This document shows, piece after piece, positions 1 through 11,639 of a stretch of DNA of 64,000 bases. Within the stretch, counting starts at the first letter, position 1; the number at the start of each line of letters is the position of its first letter. The translations under genes were made by a program, and so were the position numbers. Below the pieces are notes generated by a model. It had not been told where the DNA came from. It worked only from the letters and a program-made list of their open reading frames with translations, and did not search any database. Origin of the DNA: the human T2T-CHM13v2.0 reference genome, Homo sapiens. The stretch lies in NCBI RefSeq assembly GCF_009914755.1, contig NC_060936.1; one strand, 5' to 3'.

Positions 1-39
1 TTTTAAATCCAGCTCCTGCAGGATACTCTGGTGATTAAT

Positions 40-652
40 TCCGTGTCAAATATAGGTTGCAAATATTTTCTCCCATTCTGTGGAGTGTCTCTTCAGTTTG
101 TTTATTCTTTACCTTGCTATGCAGATGCCTTTCAGCTTGATGTAATCCCATTTGTCTATTTTTGCCTTGGTTGCCTGTGCTTTTGAGGTCTTGCACAAAA
201 AAAATCTTTGCCCAGACCAATGTCCTGGAGCATTTCCCCAATGTTTTCTCCTAGTAGTTTAAAAGTCTCAGGCCTTATGTTTAAGTTGTTAATCCATTTT
301 GATTTGATGTTTGTATATGGTGAGAGATAGGGCTCTAGTTTCTTCTTTTTACATATGTTCATCCAGGTTTTCCGGCACCATTTATTGAAGAGGCTATCCT
401 TGCCCCATTGTATGTAATTAGCAGCTTTGTTGACAACGAGTTGGCTATAAATGTGTGGATTCATATCTGCGTTCTCTATCTTGTTCCGTTAGTCTATGTG
501 TCTGTTTTTATGTCACTACCATGCTGATTTGGTTACTATAGCTTCGTAGTATATTTTAAAGTCAGGTAGTATGATGCCTCCAGTTTTGCTTCTTTTACTT
601 AGGATTGCTTTGCCTATTCAAGGTCTTTGTGGTTCCATATAAATTTTAGGCT
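40..652 (-). mobile_element. Old LINE-1 fragment (ORF2 C-terminal region, L1M/L1PB-age), disrupted
   Basis: ORF 156-464(-) translates to L1 ORF2-like text (IQWGKDSLFNKWC...LEPYLSPYTNIKSKWI...LLGENIGEMLQDIGLGKDF); frames are broken. Confidence 0.9.
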
Positions 653-663
653 TGTGGGAGGAA

Positions 664-790
664 CTATTATTTTACCCATTTTACAGAGGCAGAGACCAAG
701 GCTCAGAGGGTATGAATCACTTTTTACAACAGCTTTAAACAGGAGAGGAAGAGGTTAAACCCAGATTTGGGTGATTCCAAATTGTTTCTC
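664..790 (-). mobile_element. MIR SINE fragment
   Basis: Reverse MIR core CCCATTTTACAGAGGCAGAGACCAAGGCTCAGAG. Confidence 0.7.
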
Positions 791-804
791 AACCTCCTAG
801 GAGC

Positions 805-945
805 TCCAGTATAGTGGGTGGAAGCCCAGACTATGGGCTTGTTTGACGGCTGACTTACCTTCTAACCAGTTCTGTGAACGTAAGTCAGGCACTCCACTTT
901 TCAGTGTGCCCAGCTGTGAATGTGAAAATGATCATAGCCAGGGTC
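805..945 (+). mobile_element. MIR SINE fragment (degenerate)
   Basis: MIR-like head and core (GTGGAAGCCCAGACT...CAGCTGTGAATGTGAAAATGATCATAG). Confidence 0.5.
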
Positions 946-1091
946 ACTACCCATACTGTGTCTTTATGCAATTAGAAGAAGGCACCCTTCCCTCAAGTCA
1001 CCTTACTTCCACATTGGAATTTTGTCATAATATGCTGTCATTAAAACAAGACACCTTACTGCCATCTTCTGGAAAATGGTTGTATTAAATA

Positions 1092-1426
1092 CAGTCAGCC
1101 CCCTGTCTGCGGGTTCTGAATCCAGGGATTCAACCAACTGCAGATGGAAAATACTCAAAACAACAATATAAAAAGTGCCTGTACTGAACACATACAGGCT
1201 CTTCTTCCTGTCATTATTTCCTAAACAATATGGTATATCAACTATTTACATAGCATTTACATTGTATTAGGTATTATAAGTATTCTAGAGGTAATTTAAA
1301 GCATTAAAAACAATGTGTAGGCTATATGAAAACACAATGCCATTTTATATCAGGGAAGAATCCTCAGATTTCGTTATCTGCAAGGAGTCCTGGAACCAGT
1401 ACCCCATGGATACTGAGGGGCAGCTA
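1092..1426 (-). mobile_element. MER2 (TcMar-Tigger non-autonomous DNA transposon), near full length
   Basis: Terminal inverted ends CAGTCAGCCCC...GGGGCAGCTA with TA flanks; internal TTTACATAGCATTTACATTGTATTAGGTATTATAAG matches MER2 consensus. Confidence 0.85.
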
Positions 1427-1521
1427 TATATATAAATGTGCAAAGGCAAGGATAGAAGGATGTGAATGACATCCCTTTTGTACAGTGCATGACCTGCACA
1501 ACTGTGCATGGTTGCCCAGAC

Positions 1522-1577
1522 AATTCCTCACTGGAGTATTAGAAAGAGAATTCCTCACTGGAGTATTAGAAAGAGAA
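1522..1577. repeat. Perfect 27-bp tandem duplication (AATTCCTCACTGGAGTATTAGAAAGAG x2)
   Basis: 1522-1548 is identical to 1549-1575, followed by a further AA. Confidence 0.95.
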
Positions 1578-1994
1578 ATGATTTAGCACTTTGGTAAAAA
1601 AAAAAAAAAAATCACACACAGTTTCTCAGCAAATGCTGACTACTCTTTTAAGCTCTGGCTCAAAGAGATTGGATAATGCTGTCTCTTTGAGACAAGTGAC
1701 AGTCACTGAGAAATCTCACTTGGGGATCGTATTGCTCAGTCAGTGGCAGTCTATTTCTCAACACGTATGTCCCTTGCCCCATGTTTTTGAGCACTGTGGC
1801 TATCCTGGACAGCAATTCTCAGCTCCTTTCTTGCCTCCCAGCCAGAAGAAAGGATTGAGAGAACTTTCTGGGGCTGCCTTCAGAAATCACATCTGGCATT
1901 TCTTTGATACACTGAATCTCTGACACTCCCTGGACTGCCTTGCAAAATGTGGAGTTTGTTCCATGAGCTTAGCCCCTGGCCCTGGGGTGGGATA

Positions 1995-2215
1995 AGGACA
2001 TGGGTCTAGGGTTCCACAAAAACTTGGTTTGAATCCTATTTTTTCTGTTTACTGCTGTGTGACTTTGGGTGAGCAACTTAACCTTGCTGGGTTTAGTTTC
2101 TTCACAGGTGAAAAGGAATGACTTGTTAATCTATCTATCACACAGAGCTATGGCCTGAAGACAAAAGGAGAAATGTGTTTAAAGCACTCTCTGAATTAAA
2201 GTTATAATCATTAAC
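1995..2215 (+). mobile_element. MIR SINE
   Basis: GGTTTGAATCC B-box-like sequence; GCTGTGTGACTTTGGGTGAGCAACTTAACC core. Confidence 0.7.
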
Positions 2216-2345
2216 AACAGGGAACGATAATTCAGATTTTTAATAGGTCATCCATTTCCAGCTGCCAATCTGATCTCTGATGACCTTTCTGTTTGAACCC
2301 CAAATCTGAAAGACCTTTATAAATACATTTAAAAATGTATTTGTA

Positions 2346-2677
2346 GACGGGCACAGTGGTTCATGCCTGTAATCCCAGCACTTTGGGAAGCCAAGGTGGG
2401 TGGATCACTTGAGGTCAGGAGTTTGAGACCATTCTAGCCAACATGGTGAAACTCCATCTTTACTAAAAAATACAAAAATTAGCAGGGCATGGTGGTGCAT
2501 GCCTATAATCCTAGCTACTCAAAAGGCTGAGACAGGAGAATCACTTGATCTCAGGAGGCAAAGGTTGCAGTGAGCTGAGATCACAACACTGCACTCCAGC
2601 CTGGGCGACAGAGCGAGACTCTGTCTCAAAAACAAAACAAAACAAAACAAAAAACAAACAAACAAACAAACAAAAAA
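2346..2677 (+). mobile_element. Full-length AluS element with (CAAAA)n tail
   Basis: Dimeric Alu; TSD approximately AAAAA(T/A)GTATTTGTA on both sides. Confidence 0.95.
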
Positions 2678-3399
2678 AGTATTTGTATGAAAAACTAAAA
2701 GTCTAATCATGTTTACTTCTGCATTGAAGGCATCACAGAAAATTAGATGGATCCCAACTTCTGTGGTACACAGTTGCTTCACTCAGGAAGTGTTTTACCC
2801 TCACAGATGTTTCTTCTCCAAAAACAAATACCCTAGAGATACCAAAGGCTATGAATGGGGAACCAACCAGCATCGTTTCCTCTCCACGGTTCTCAGGCTG
2901 CAGCACCCATTCCTCTAACCACTGTGTGTCTTTTTTTTCCTGGAATTTTAGGCAGCATCAGGACATTCCCTGTTTCCCAGTTTCTCGTCTTATGTTTTCT
3001 GTCTGCCTCATCCCCCGTGCCTGGCTCTGAACCTCCAGTGGCTTCTTTCTCAGCCTAAGGATCTGTGGCTTATTGAAAACGCTCTGGTACACAGAGTACA
3101 TGCCTGGGTTGTTACTGGCTAAAAAACAGCTGTTTTTGGATGGCAGTGTAGTTAGTTCATTCTGGGGGATATGAGCCGGGCAAGGAAGAAGCTGCTCTGA
3201 AGGGCAATTCGAGGTACAGAAATGCAGATCCCAAGGCGGCTTCTTCTAGAGCAGGTGGCATTCCCTCTCCAAATCCATTCACACTTCCATTGTCCTCAAA
3301 TGTTCTTAAATGCAAATGCAGTGAAAATTTCACAGACATGTATTGTGCAAGAAGGGGATCTTTGGAGGAAACTTGCCTGATCTCTGAAGTCCACCATTC

Positions 3400-3580
3400 A
3401 GCCGCTGTATACAAATTACTTCCCCTCTCTTGGCCTCAGTTTCTTCATTTGTAAAATAGGAATGAAAGATACTTCCTACCTCCTGGGTCTGTTGTGAAGA
3501 TTAAAAGAGATAATGCTTTAAAAACGACTGGCAAAGTGTCTGACTTGGGGCAAACACTCACTAAAGCTTAACCATTATTA
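3400..3580 (+). mobile_element. MIR SINE
   Basis: GCCTCAGTTTCTTCATTTGTAAAATAGG...GTTGTGAAGATTAAAAGAG. Confidence 0.8.
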
Positions 3581-4389
3581 CAAGCCTTTTAATCAAATAG
3601 AGGCTTTGTAGGGGAAACCTACTCTTAAACCAAGAAGAATTTTGGAAAACTGATTTATTTAACATATTCTGGATGTCTCTGGCTGGTCTTTTCCATTAAA
3701 AAAAAAAAAAATCTGCTAAGGAGGCTACAGTCTCAGCACAGCACAGCTTGTCCCAGGCCACACAGTAAGTTTGATTTGGGCTCCCAGGAACAAAATCCAG
3801 GCCCCTGACCTCACGTCAGATGGCCGAGCCTCCCTGCTCTCAATCACAGCCAGAAATGTCACAGTGAACGGAGTCACATTTTAGGGGAGGAAAATAAGAT
3901 TTCTCTCTTGCCTTGATCTGACCCGGGGATTCCAATCAGAAAACAAGCTCAGCGCCCTTAAAATCTCCTCTGTCTCCTTCTCTTCATTTCCTAAATGCGT
4001 GTTCCTCTCAGTGATACCCAAACCCCCAAATGTTTCCCAGCCAAGACTTGGACTTTGAGGGCCCCTTTCAGGTGCCCTGGCTAAGAGGGCAGGGACCAGA
4101 ATGAGGCTTTGCATGGGCCAATAAGATGGTGAAAATATCTCGGTAATCAAGACAAATAATATTTTAATGCAGTATATTTAAAACGCCAAAAATGAATACA
4201 AAAAGAATCCCACGATGAACAAAACGTAAAAATTTTACATTAAGAAAAAATCAATAACCAGGATAGCGCCCTCTTACCTGCAGCCCACGATGTTACTAAA
4301 TAAAATGAGATTTAATTCTGCTCCCTTAGCCTTATTCCTTTTGAATTTCCTGTAAGGGCCACATTCACAAATTTCCACCTCCCCTCCCT

Positions 4390-5720
4390 GGGCGTCCCCT
4401 TCCCCACAGAGGTGAGCTGGGGTGAGAAGCACAGAAGCTGTTGGGAAGGCGAAGGCCAGCGGAAGAGAACTCGTGCGGGACTTTTCAATTTTTCATCTTG
4501 TTTCTAACTCCATCTAGCCCGTCCTCCTTAATCAATAAAACAAGAATTAGGTCTCAGATCCAAGAGTCGCTTTCTGTCTTCCAGTTTATGACTTTGGCCA
4601 CCTCGCAGTCTTTTAGGGTCGCCGGACCGGCTTCCTGGAATACCTGAGGTCGCAGATTCAGGTAGTAAACAGATGTGGGGTCCACCCTCCGCCAAATGGG
4701 CGGGGCAAGTTCAACATCCCGCCTCCCCGACCTTAAGTGCGCAGGGCGCCTGGTGCTCGCTTGCCGAAAACGTTAAACATTTTTCTTTGATCCCGCTCTT
4801 TTTTTGGGGGGAAAAATGTCTGGGGAAGAGGGAAGTAGTGGGGGAGTGAGGTGCCTGCCCAAGCGAAATTTTGATGCCCGCCTGCCTCTGGCTCCAGCTC
4901 CGCCCTCACGGAAGGGGGAGAACTTCGAATTCCAGAACCGGAATCCTTGCCTAATTTTTTTTTTTTTTTTTTTTTTGAAATTGATCGATTTTATCCGGGA
5001 GCTTCAAATCGAAACCAGGAGAGAGGCTTTGAAATGTCAAAGAAAAGCTACGAAAGAAAAAAGGGGTGGGGTGAGGAGGAGGAGGAGGAAGGGGAGGGAG
5101 ATTAAAAAAATAATAATAAGGCGGGGAGGCAGGCAGAGGTTTTCTTTCGAAGTGTAATCGCGGCGCTGCGTACCTTTGTAAGGGTCCTTAACCTTTTCAC
5201 CCTTTTGGTGGTGGCGGTGGTGGGCTCCTCGTAGCTCTTTGAAAATCTAATGGGAGCTATGGACCGTCTGCCTGGAAAAATGCCCTTTAGGTACATGCTT
5301 GGCGGGAGCCGGGAGTGAAACCGTTTTTTGCGCAACTTGGGAAAGTTTTTGCAATATTCTCTGCTCAGCCATTTGAGTTGGAATGGAACCGTTCCCAATT
5401 TTAATTTTTGAAGAGACAGTTTTGCCTGGAGTAATCTAAACCCATTTTGGCGGGGAGGGGAGGGCGAGGGGAATTTCAAAATTTATGCCTTCTTCACCTT
5501 CTGGAGAAGGCAAGATCCGGCAGGCGACGCTGATTAGCTGGGGGTCTCCGATGCGACCCCGGACTCGGAGCAGGAAATCCTGGGTGCTCCTGAAGCTCCG
5601 CCTGCCCCGGGTTCCAGCGAGAGCACCTCGTCACACTCGGGGCGCTGTCCCCCAGTCCTTTTCCTTCTGGACTCCAGGACCTGAGGCTCCTGCAGCGGAG
5701 AGCTGGGGAAGGGGGATGAG
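4390..5720. promoter_or_regulatory. CpG island / promoter- or enhancer-like repeat-free region
   Basis: Sharp rise in intact CpG density relative to the rest of the window; GC box GGGCGGGG near 4698; homeodomain-type TAAT motifs; no interspersed repeats; no coding exon. Confidence 0.75.
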
Positions 5721-6169
5721 TTCAAAACTATCTCCCTGTCCTTCCCTTTGAGATAAGGCATCAACCTGGGAAGAGTCCCGACTGGTGCAGGGAGCTGCCT
5801 GTTCAGGAAGCCCGGGAGATGCAGATTCGATTGATTTCAGAGAGCTTCCAGTCTTTTTCCTGCCCTGGTGCTAAGAGGATCGAAATACATTTTTTAGGAT
5901 TCATGGGAAACCTAGTTCTCATTATTAAGAGGCTGTTTTGAAGCCCCTCTGATGGCAAGGAGCCCTGGCGCTTGGAGCGAGAAAGTGGGTGCAGGTCTCT
6001 CCAAAGAGAGCTGAGCTCATTCTGCAGCTCCCTTTCCAGCAGTGGTTCAGGGCTGGCGCTGCAGAGGGAGGAAGGCAAAGTGGGCACGAAAGGGCTCTGA
6101 GGTCACTGCCGGCAGCTGTCCCCAGTGGCCAGTTATGGGGGGGAAGGCACAGAGAGGCTTGTGGGCTGA

Positions 6170-6365
6170 GGAAAGATGGAGGGAACATCAGAGAGAGATG
6201 TACAGAGAGATAAAAAGAGAGAGAGGAGCGTCAAGGAAAGAGACAGCTTGAGGAAGAGATGCATACAGGAAAACAAAGCACAGTGAGATATTGAAACAGA
6301 CACGGATAGAAGCAGCGGGAGAGCAATAGACAAGAGACACACAGAGCAATGCAGAGAGAGACACA
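6170..6365. repeat. GA-rich low-complexity tract
   Basis: Degenerate AGAGAG/ACAGAG runs. Confidence 0.7.
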
Positions 6366-7189
6366 GGTGGGAATTGCAGCATCCTGGGACTAGAGGGTGC
6401 ATCACCCACAGCCGGGTGATCCCGTGTGGCCAAGCTGCAGTAAGGTGACAGAAATCTCAGTTTCTGTGTGCCCTGAACATGTGAGTACCAATGATGGGGC
6501 GAAGTGGCTCCTGCCAACTCTTCTGCCTTTAGGGGAGGGGCACAGTCAGAAGAGAGTCAGGGCAGAATCCTTTAGAGCACAGGGACCCTGTTAACCAGGA
6601 CTAAGAGTGGCACTGCCCAACATGGCTGGACCCATGTGCATGCCCCCAGAGCCCGTCACTGTCTGCAAATTTTGCCGTGGGTGCTTTCCAACACATACAG
6701 TGTATCCACTCTCTGAGGCCTTAGCCATGCTCAGCTCCTGCCATTACCTTTTCCTCTGGGAGCAAATTCTGCAAGAAACTCAATCTGCTGTGTGCAGAAT
6801 TATGGGTTATTCTTGGCTCCAGCCTTACCCTCACCCTTGGTGCAAACACAGACATCCACACAGAGCAGACCAGGCTTTGCAGGAGTGCCATGGGGTTTGG
6901 AGTTATGCTGGGGAAACTGACCTCTTGTTTCTCCCTCTCTGGGGCTGGAAACCTCCCAGCACCAAGGAGGAAAAACAAAAGTATTCAGAAGCAGATTTGA
7001 GGGAAACTCACCTCATTGTTCTCTGGTTTCCCCCAAAGATACGGCTTGTCAGGCACCCCTGAAAAGGTCTCCCTGATTCCCTTCCCAGGCCAGAGTACAG
7101 CTGGTGTTGTTGAGGTGATCCCTGCATACACTTGAAGCTCCTTGCGACCTCCCTAAAATGATATGCAATATTGTATATGTCTACACCTT

Positions 7190-7275
7190 TGCCTCTCTAT
7201 ATCTGTGTATGTCTATCTCTGTCTCTTTGTCTCTGTCTCTCTGTCTCTGTCTGTCTGTGTGTATGTGTCTGTGTA
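7190..7275. repeat. (TC)/(TG)-rich simple repeat
   Basis: TCTCTGTCTCTGTCTGTCTGTGTGTATGTG. Confidence 0.7.
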
Positions 7276-7379
7276 TTTTGGATACGGGGCCCAGCTTCCA
7301 TCAGGTTATCCAAGAGCTCCGTGACTCCAAAGGGATTCTGAACTTCCGGGCCAGGAGGTTAAGGATATTGGAGAACAAA

Positions 7380-7640
7380 CGGTACCCATATTCACCAGGA
7401 TGTGTAGAAGAACCTTAATGGCAACACTGTTGCTAATAGCCCTACAAGTGAAACAATCTAAGCAACCATCATCCACAGTGAAATAGATAAATACATTGTG
7501 GCAAATTCAGTGAGAAGAGTAGGGCACTGCAGTGAAAAATGAATGAGCTACAACCTCTTGGAAACAAGTGGATGAATCTCACAAGCATAACATTGAGTGA
7601 AAGAAGTGATACACAAAAGAGTCGCTTCATACTGCTGCCT
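7380..7640 (+). mobile_element. Old L1M 3' fragment
   Basis: ATAAATACATTGTGG...GGATGAATCTCACAAGCATAACATTGAGTGAAAGAAG. Confidence 0.7.
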
Positions 7641-8689
7641 GATTTTACACCTGAGGAATCTTTTTCAACTTGAACTGTGGTGTGTGTCATCTTTTCAAGC
7701 TTCTGGGGGCTCAACTCTAAACTGTTTTGTTAGCAGTGGTCTTGGCATGATCCCCAAGAGTTTATAATGAAGGACCTGCCCCCTTTATAGTGCTTAAGAA
7801 GGAAGGAGCAGAAAAAAAAAGAATTAAATGGGGCAATGTGCCCTGGGTGGTAACTTAACTTGGCCAGGGACAGTACAGATGGAGGGGTAAAGCAGCTCTG
7901 GAACTTGGAAAATAATTATTTTCCAGCCTGTATTATTGTCCCTGGGAGCACATTAAGGTTTGAAACCCAATCCAACCATTCCAAGAAGGATATTTAAAAG
8001 TTGGCTCTACCATCACTCTACTCTTCCTTTTAAAGCTAATTTTTAAAAAACAAAACAAAACAAAAAAAAGTCTTACAGTCCCCCACTGCCTCCAGATTCT
8101 TTAAAAAGCCCACAATATGATTATCTGGGCAGCGTTACTGATCACAACTTGCCCAGAGAGGTTACTCTAATAATCATTTGAATTAAAACTTTGTTTTCAA
8201 TCTCTATACCAAATAGCTATGTATATATTTCCCTGTTTTGTCCCTTGTTAAATTCCTCAGATGCAGGAGCCAAAGGAAGCCTCATGCAGAACCAAATTAT
8301 CTGTGTTCTACATGTTTAGTTTTTAAGAATAAAACAAAACCAAACCCAAAGGTTGCAGACCTCCTGACTGTACTTTTATTTTCTGATCGGACGGAACAGG
8401 CCACAGCCATGCATGGGGGAAGTGAACCATGCCTGGGAGAGGGAGATTTCTTTTCTGACCTGAGCTGTCCAGGGAAAGCACTCATCTTGTCCCCTAATCC
8501 AGGCCACTCGGGAATCCTCATCATCCACGTTTGCCCCTTCTGAAGAGGCTGGAGGTTCTGGCAGAGAGTGGGCTCTGGCTGAGAAGTTGCCTAGTTTGAA
8601 AGTAATTCAGTTCAGTATTAAAAAAAAAAAAAACATTTCTTAACAGCTTAGGTTACTGCATGTATTTGCCTAAGCCACTTTGTTTTCCA

Positions 8690-8835
8690 TGAACTCAATA
8701 AATATTTATTTTGAACATTCATTGTCTGCCACTCGGTGGGCTGGAACTAGAGATAGAGAAGTAAGCATGATGAATATAATCCCTGCCTCGGGAGTTAGCC
8801 ATTCTGGAGGAGAAACAGACAGTAAGCAAGTTAAA
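8690..8835 (-). mobile_element. L2 3' end; the same element probably continues at about 10620-10745 and 11640-11850
   Basis: TCAATAAATATTTATT...ATCCCTGCCTCGGGAGTTAGCCATTCTGGAGGAGAAACAGAC, typical L2 tail in reverse. Confidence 0.65.
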
Positions 8836-8974
8836 ATATATATATTATGTAAATATATTATATATGTCTTATTTATTTATATAAAATAGATATTTCTTAT
8901 TTATATATAAATATATTTTAGTTATATAAAATATATTTCTTATTTATTTATATAAAATATATTATATATTTCTT
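8835..8974. repeat. AT-rich degenerate tandem repeat, left half (split by the SVA)
   Basis: Recurring ATATTTCTTATTTATTTATATAAA-like units. Confidence 0.85.
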
Positions 8975-10412
8975 TTTTTTTTTAATTTTGTTAGTATTTA
9001 TTGATCATTTTTGGGTGTTTCTCCGAGAGGGGGATTTGGCAGGGTCATAGGACAATAGTGGAGGGAAGGTCAGCAGATAAACATGTGAACAAAGGTCTCT
9101 GGTTTTCCCAGGCAGAGGACCCTGCGGCCTTCCGCAGTGTTTGTGTCCCTGGGTACTTGAGATTACGGAGTGGTGATGACTCTTAACGAGTATGCTGCCT
9201 TCAAGCATCTGTTTAACTAAGCACATCTTGCTCCGCCCTTAATCCATTTAACCCTGAGTGGACACAGCACATGTTTCAGAGAGCACGGGGTTGGGGGTAA
9301 GGTTATAGATTAACAGCATCCCAAGGCAGAAAAATTTTTCTTAGTACAGAACAAAATGGAGTCTCCTATGTCTACTCCTTTCTACACAGACACAGTAACA
9401 ATCTGATCTCTCTTTCTTTTCCCCACCTTTTCCTCTTTTCTGTTCCACAAAACCGCCATTGTCATCATGGCCCGTTCTCAATGAGCTGTTGGGTACACCT
9501 CCCAGATGGGGTGGCGGCCGGGCAGAGGGGCTCCTCACTTCCCAGACTTGGCGGCCGGGCAGAGGGGCCCCCACCCCCCAGACGGGGCTGCCGGGCGGGG
9601 GCGCCCCCCACATCCCAGACAGGGCGGCCAGGCGGAGACGCTCCTCACTTCCCAGACGGGGCGGCTGCAGGACAGAGGGGCTCCTCACTTCTCAGACGGG
9701 GCGGCCGGGCAGAGGCGCCCCTCACCTCCCAGACGGGGTCGTGGCGGGGCAGAGACGCTCCTCACCTCCCAGACGGGGCGGCCGGGCAGAGACGCTCCTC
9801 ACTTCTTAGACGGGATGACAGCCGGGAAGAGGCGCTCCTCACTTCCCAGACTGGGCGGCGGGGCAGAGGTGCTCCCCACATCCCAGACGATGGGGCAGCC
9901 AGGCAGAGATGCTCCTCACTTCCTAGACGGGGTGGCGGCCGGGCAGAGGCTGCAATCTCAGCACTTTGGGAGGCCAAGGCAGGCGGCCGGAAGGTGGGGG
10001 TTGTAGCAAGCCGAGATCAGGCCACTACACTCCAGCCTGGGCAACATTGAGCACTGAGTGAGCGAGACTCCGTCTGCAATCCCGGCACCTCGGGAGGCCG
10101 AGGCGGGCAGATCACTCGGGGTCAGGAGCTGGAGACCAGCCCGGCCAACAGGGCGAAACCCCGTCTCCACCAAAAAATACAAAAACCAGTCAGGCGTGGT
10201 GGGCCGCGCCTGCAATCCCAGGCACTGGGCAGGCTGAGGCAGGAGAATCAGGCAGGGAGGTTGCAGTGAGCCGAGATCGTGGCAGTACAGTCCAGCCTCG
10301 GCAACAGAGGGAGACTGTGGAAAGCAGGAGACTGAGACGAGGGAGAGGGGCAGACCGTGGAAAGCGGGAGACTGAGACGACAGAGACGAGAGGGAGAGGG
10401 AGAGGGAGAGGC
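8975..10412 (-). mobile_element. Full-length SVA retrotransposon, SVA_B-like
   Basis: On the + strand: poly-T, SINE-R (about 8990-9495), GC-rich VNTR (about 9496-9950), Alu-like domain (about 9950-10320), (GGGAGA)n hexamer to 10411. The 5' Alu-like part reads GTTGCCGAGGCTGGACTGTACTGCC...CTCCCTGCCTGATTCTCC (older A/B type). Putative TSD TTCTT at 8970-8974 and 10413-10417. Confidence 0.95.
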
Positions 10413-10620
10413 TTCTTATTTATTTATATAAATATATTATATATGTCTTATTTATATAAAAATATACTATTTCTTATTAATTTATAGAAAATATATTCTA
10501 TATTTCTTGTTTATATACATATATTTTATATTTCTTATTTATTTATATAAATATATTATATATTTATTTATATAAAATATATATAGTATAAAGTAAATGT
10601 ATGTGGGTTTATATATAATT
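10413..10620. repeat. AT-rich degenerate tandem repeat, right half
   Basis: Same unit as 8835-8974. Confidence 0.85.
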
Positions 10621-10749
10621 TTAGAAATCATTAAGTACTATGCAAAAAAAAAAGTCATGTGAGAAAGAATTTTGATGGATCAGGATATCTTTTAAATAAA
10701 ATAAGGTCAGAGAAGTCTTTAGCCTCCCTAAAGAAGTGACTTTTCATAA

Positions 10750-11525
10750 GACAGGTTTATCAGGGTAATTTACATACATTAAAATTCTCCCTTGATAATG
10801 ATATAGTTCAAGGAGTTCTGATGAATGTGTCTTATTGTATAACTACCACCAAATCAAAGTACAGAATATTTTCCTGCCCCCAAAGTCCCTTTGAATCTTT
10901 TTACAGCCTGTCCATTTGCCCCCCACCACCAAGCCCCCAGAGCCTCCTGAAACCACTGATCTGTTTCCTGTCCTTTAGTTTTGCTTTTTCTGGAAAGTGG
11001 TTAAAAGGGAAACATACAGTATGCAGCCTCCCGTGCCTGGCTTTTTTCACTTAGCCCAGTGTGGTTGAGATCTATCCATGTTCTTGCAAGTATCACTGGC
11101 CTGTTCCTTTCTGTGGCTGAATAGTATGGGTGGTATGGATGATGAACCACAGTTCCTTAGCCCATCCCTCAGTTGATGGACACTTGAGCTGTTTCCTGTT
11201 TTTAGCTCTTATGTATGAAGCTGCTGTAAACACTTATGCACGTGTCTTTAGGTAGATAAGGGTTGGCCATTTTCTTGGGTAAATACATAGGAGTGGAATT
11301 GCTGGCTTATATGTGTGCATGACTCTATGTATAGTTTTATTAGAAACTGCCAAACTATTTTCCAAAGTGGTTCTTCCATTTTGCATTCCCACCAGCTCCA
11401 CACCCTTGTCAATACTTAGTATTGTCAACCTTTTTTATTTTAGCCATCTTAGTATATACGTAGTGCATTTCCCTGATGACTGACGATGTTGAGTATGTTT
11501 TTGTGAATGTATTGGCTATTACATA
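10750..11525 (-). mobile_element. L1M (MB/MC-age) 3' fragment
   Basis: AAACCACTGATCTGTTTCCTG, GTTGATGGACACTTG, GGGTAAATACATAGGAGTGGAATTGCTGG, AGAAACTGCCAAACTATTTTCCAAAGTGG. Confidence 0.85.
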
Positions 11526-11639
11526 AAATATAATTTTTATGCTATGTTTACAACATATAATTATCAATTATTTACATGTTTATACTTTATAACATATATG
11601 TCATATAAAACATATTTTAATTAAAATTCAATAATGATA

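Noticed and set aside
4120-4260. AT-rich segment resembling an old hAT-type DNA transposon fragment
   Set aside because: Family could not be identified and no terminal inverted repeats were seen
4264-4282. Partial CTCF-like motif (AGAGGGCGCTA on the minus strand)
   Set aside because: The 5' half lacks the conserved CC(A/G)(C/G)(C/T) positions
4804-5751. ORFs within the CpG island
   Set aside because: They cross poly-T and purine runs and show no domain similarity; expected by chance in GC-rich DNA
6607-7062. 151-aa ORF downstream of the CpG island
   Set aside because: No recognisable protein similarity or coding signature; a nearby donor-like CAT/GTGAGT at 6480 is not enough to define an exon
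9496-9950. Recurring CTCACTTCCCAGACGGGG units resembling a CRISPR-like array
   Set aside because: Standard SVA VNTR; no unique spacers and no cas genes; eukaryotic context
9341-10215. Several overlapping long ORFs (up to 189 aa) with repeated peptide units
   Set aside because: They lie within the GC-rich SVA VNTR and Alu-like domain, where stop codons are rare by composition
8936-10450. Apparent ~36-bp TSD around the SVA
   Set aside because: Explained by the periodicity of the surrounding AT-rich repeat; a short TSD is more parsimonious
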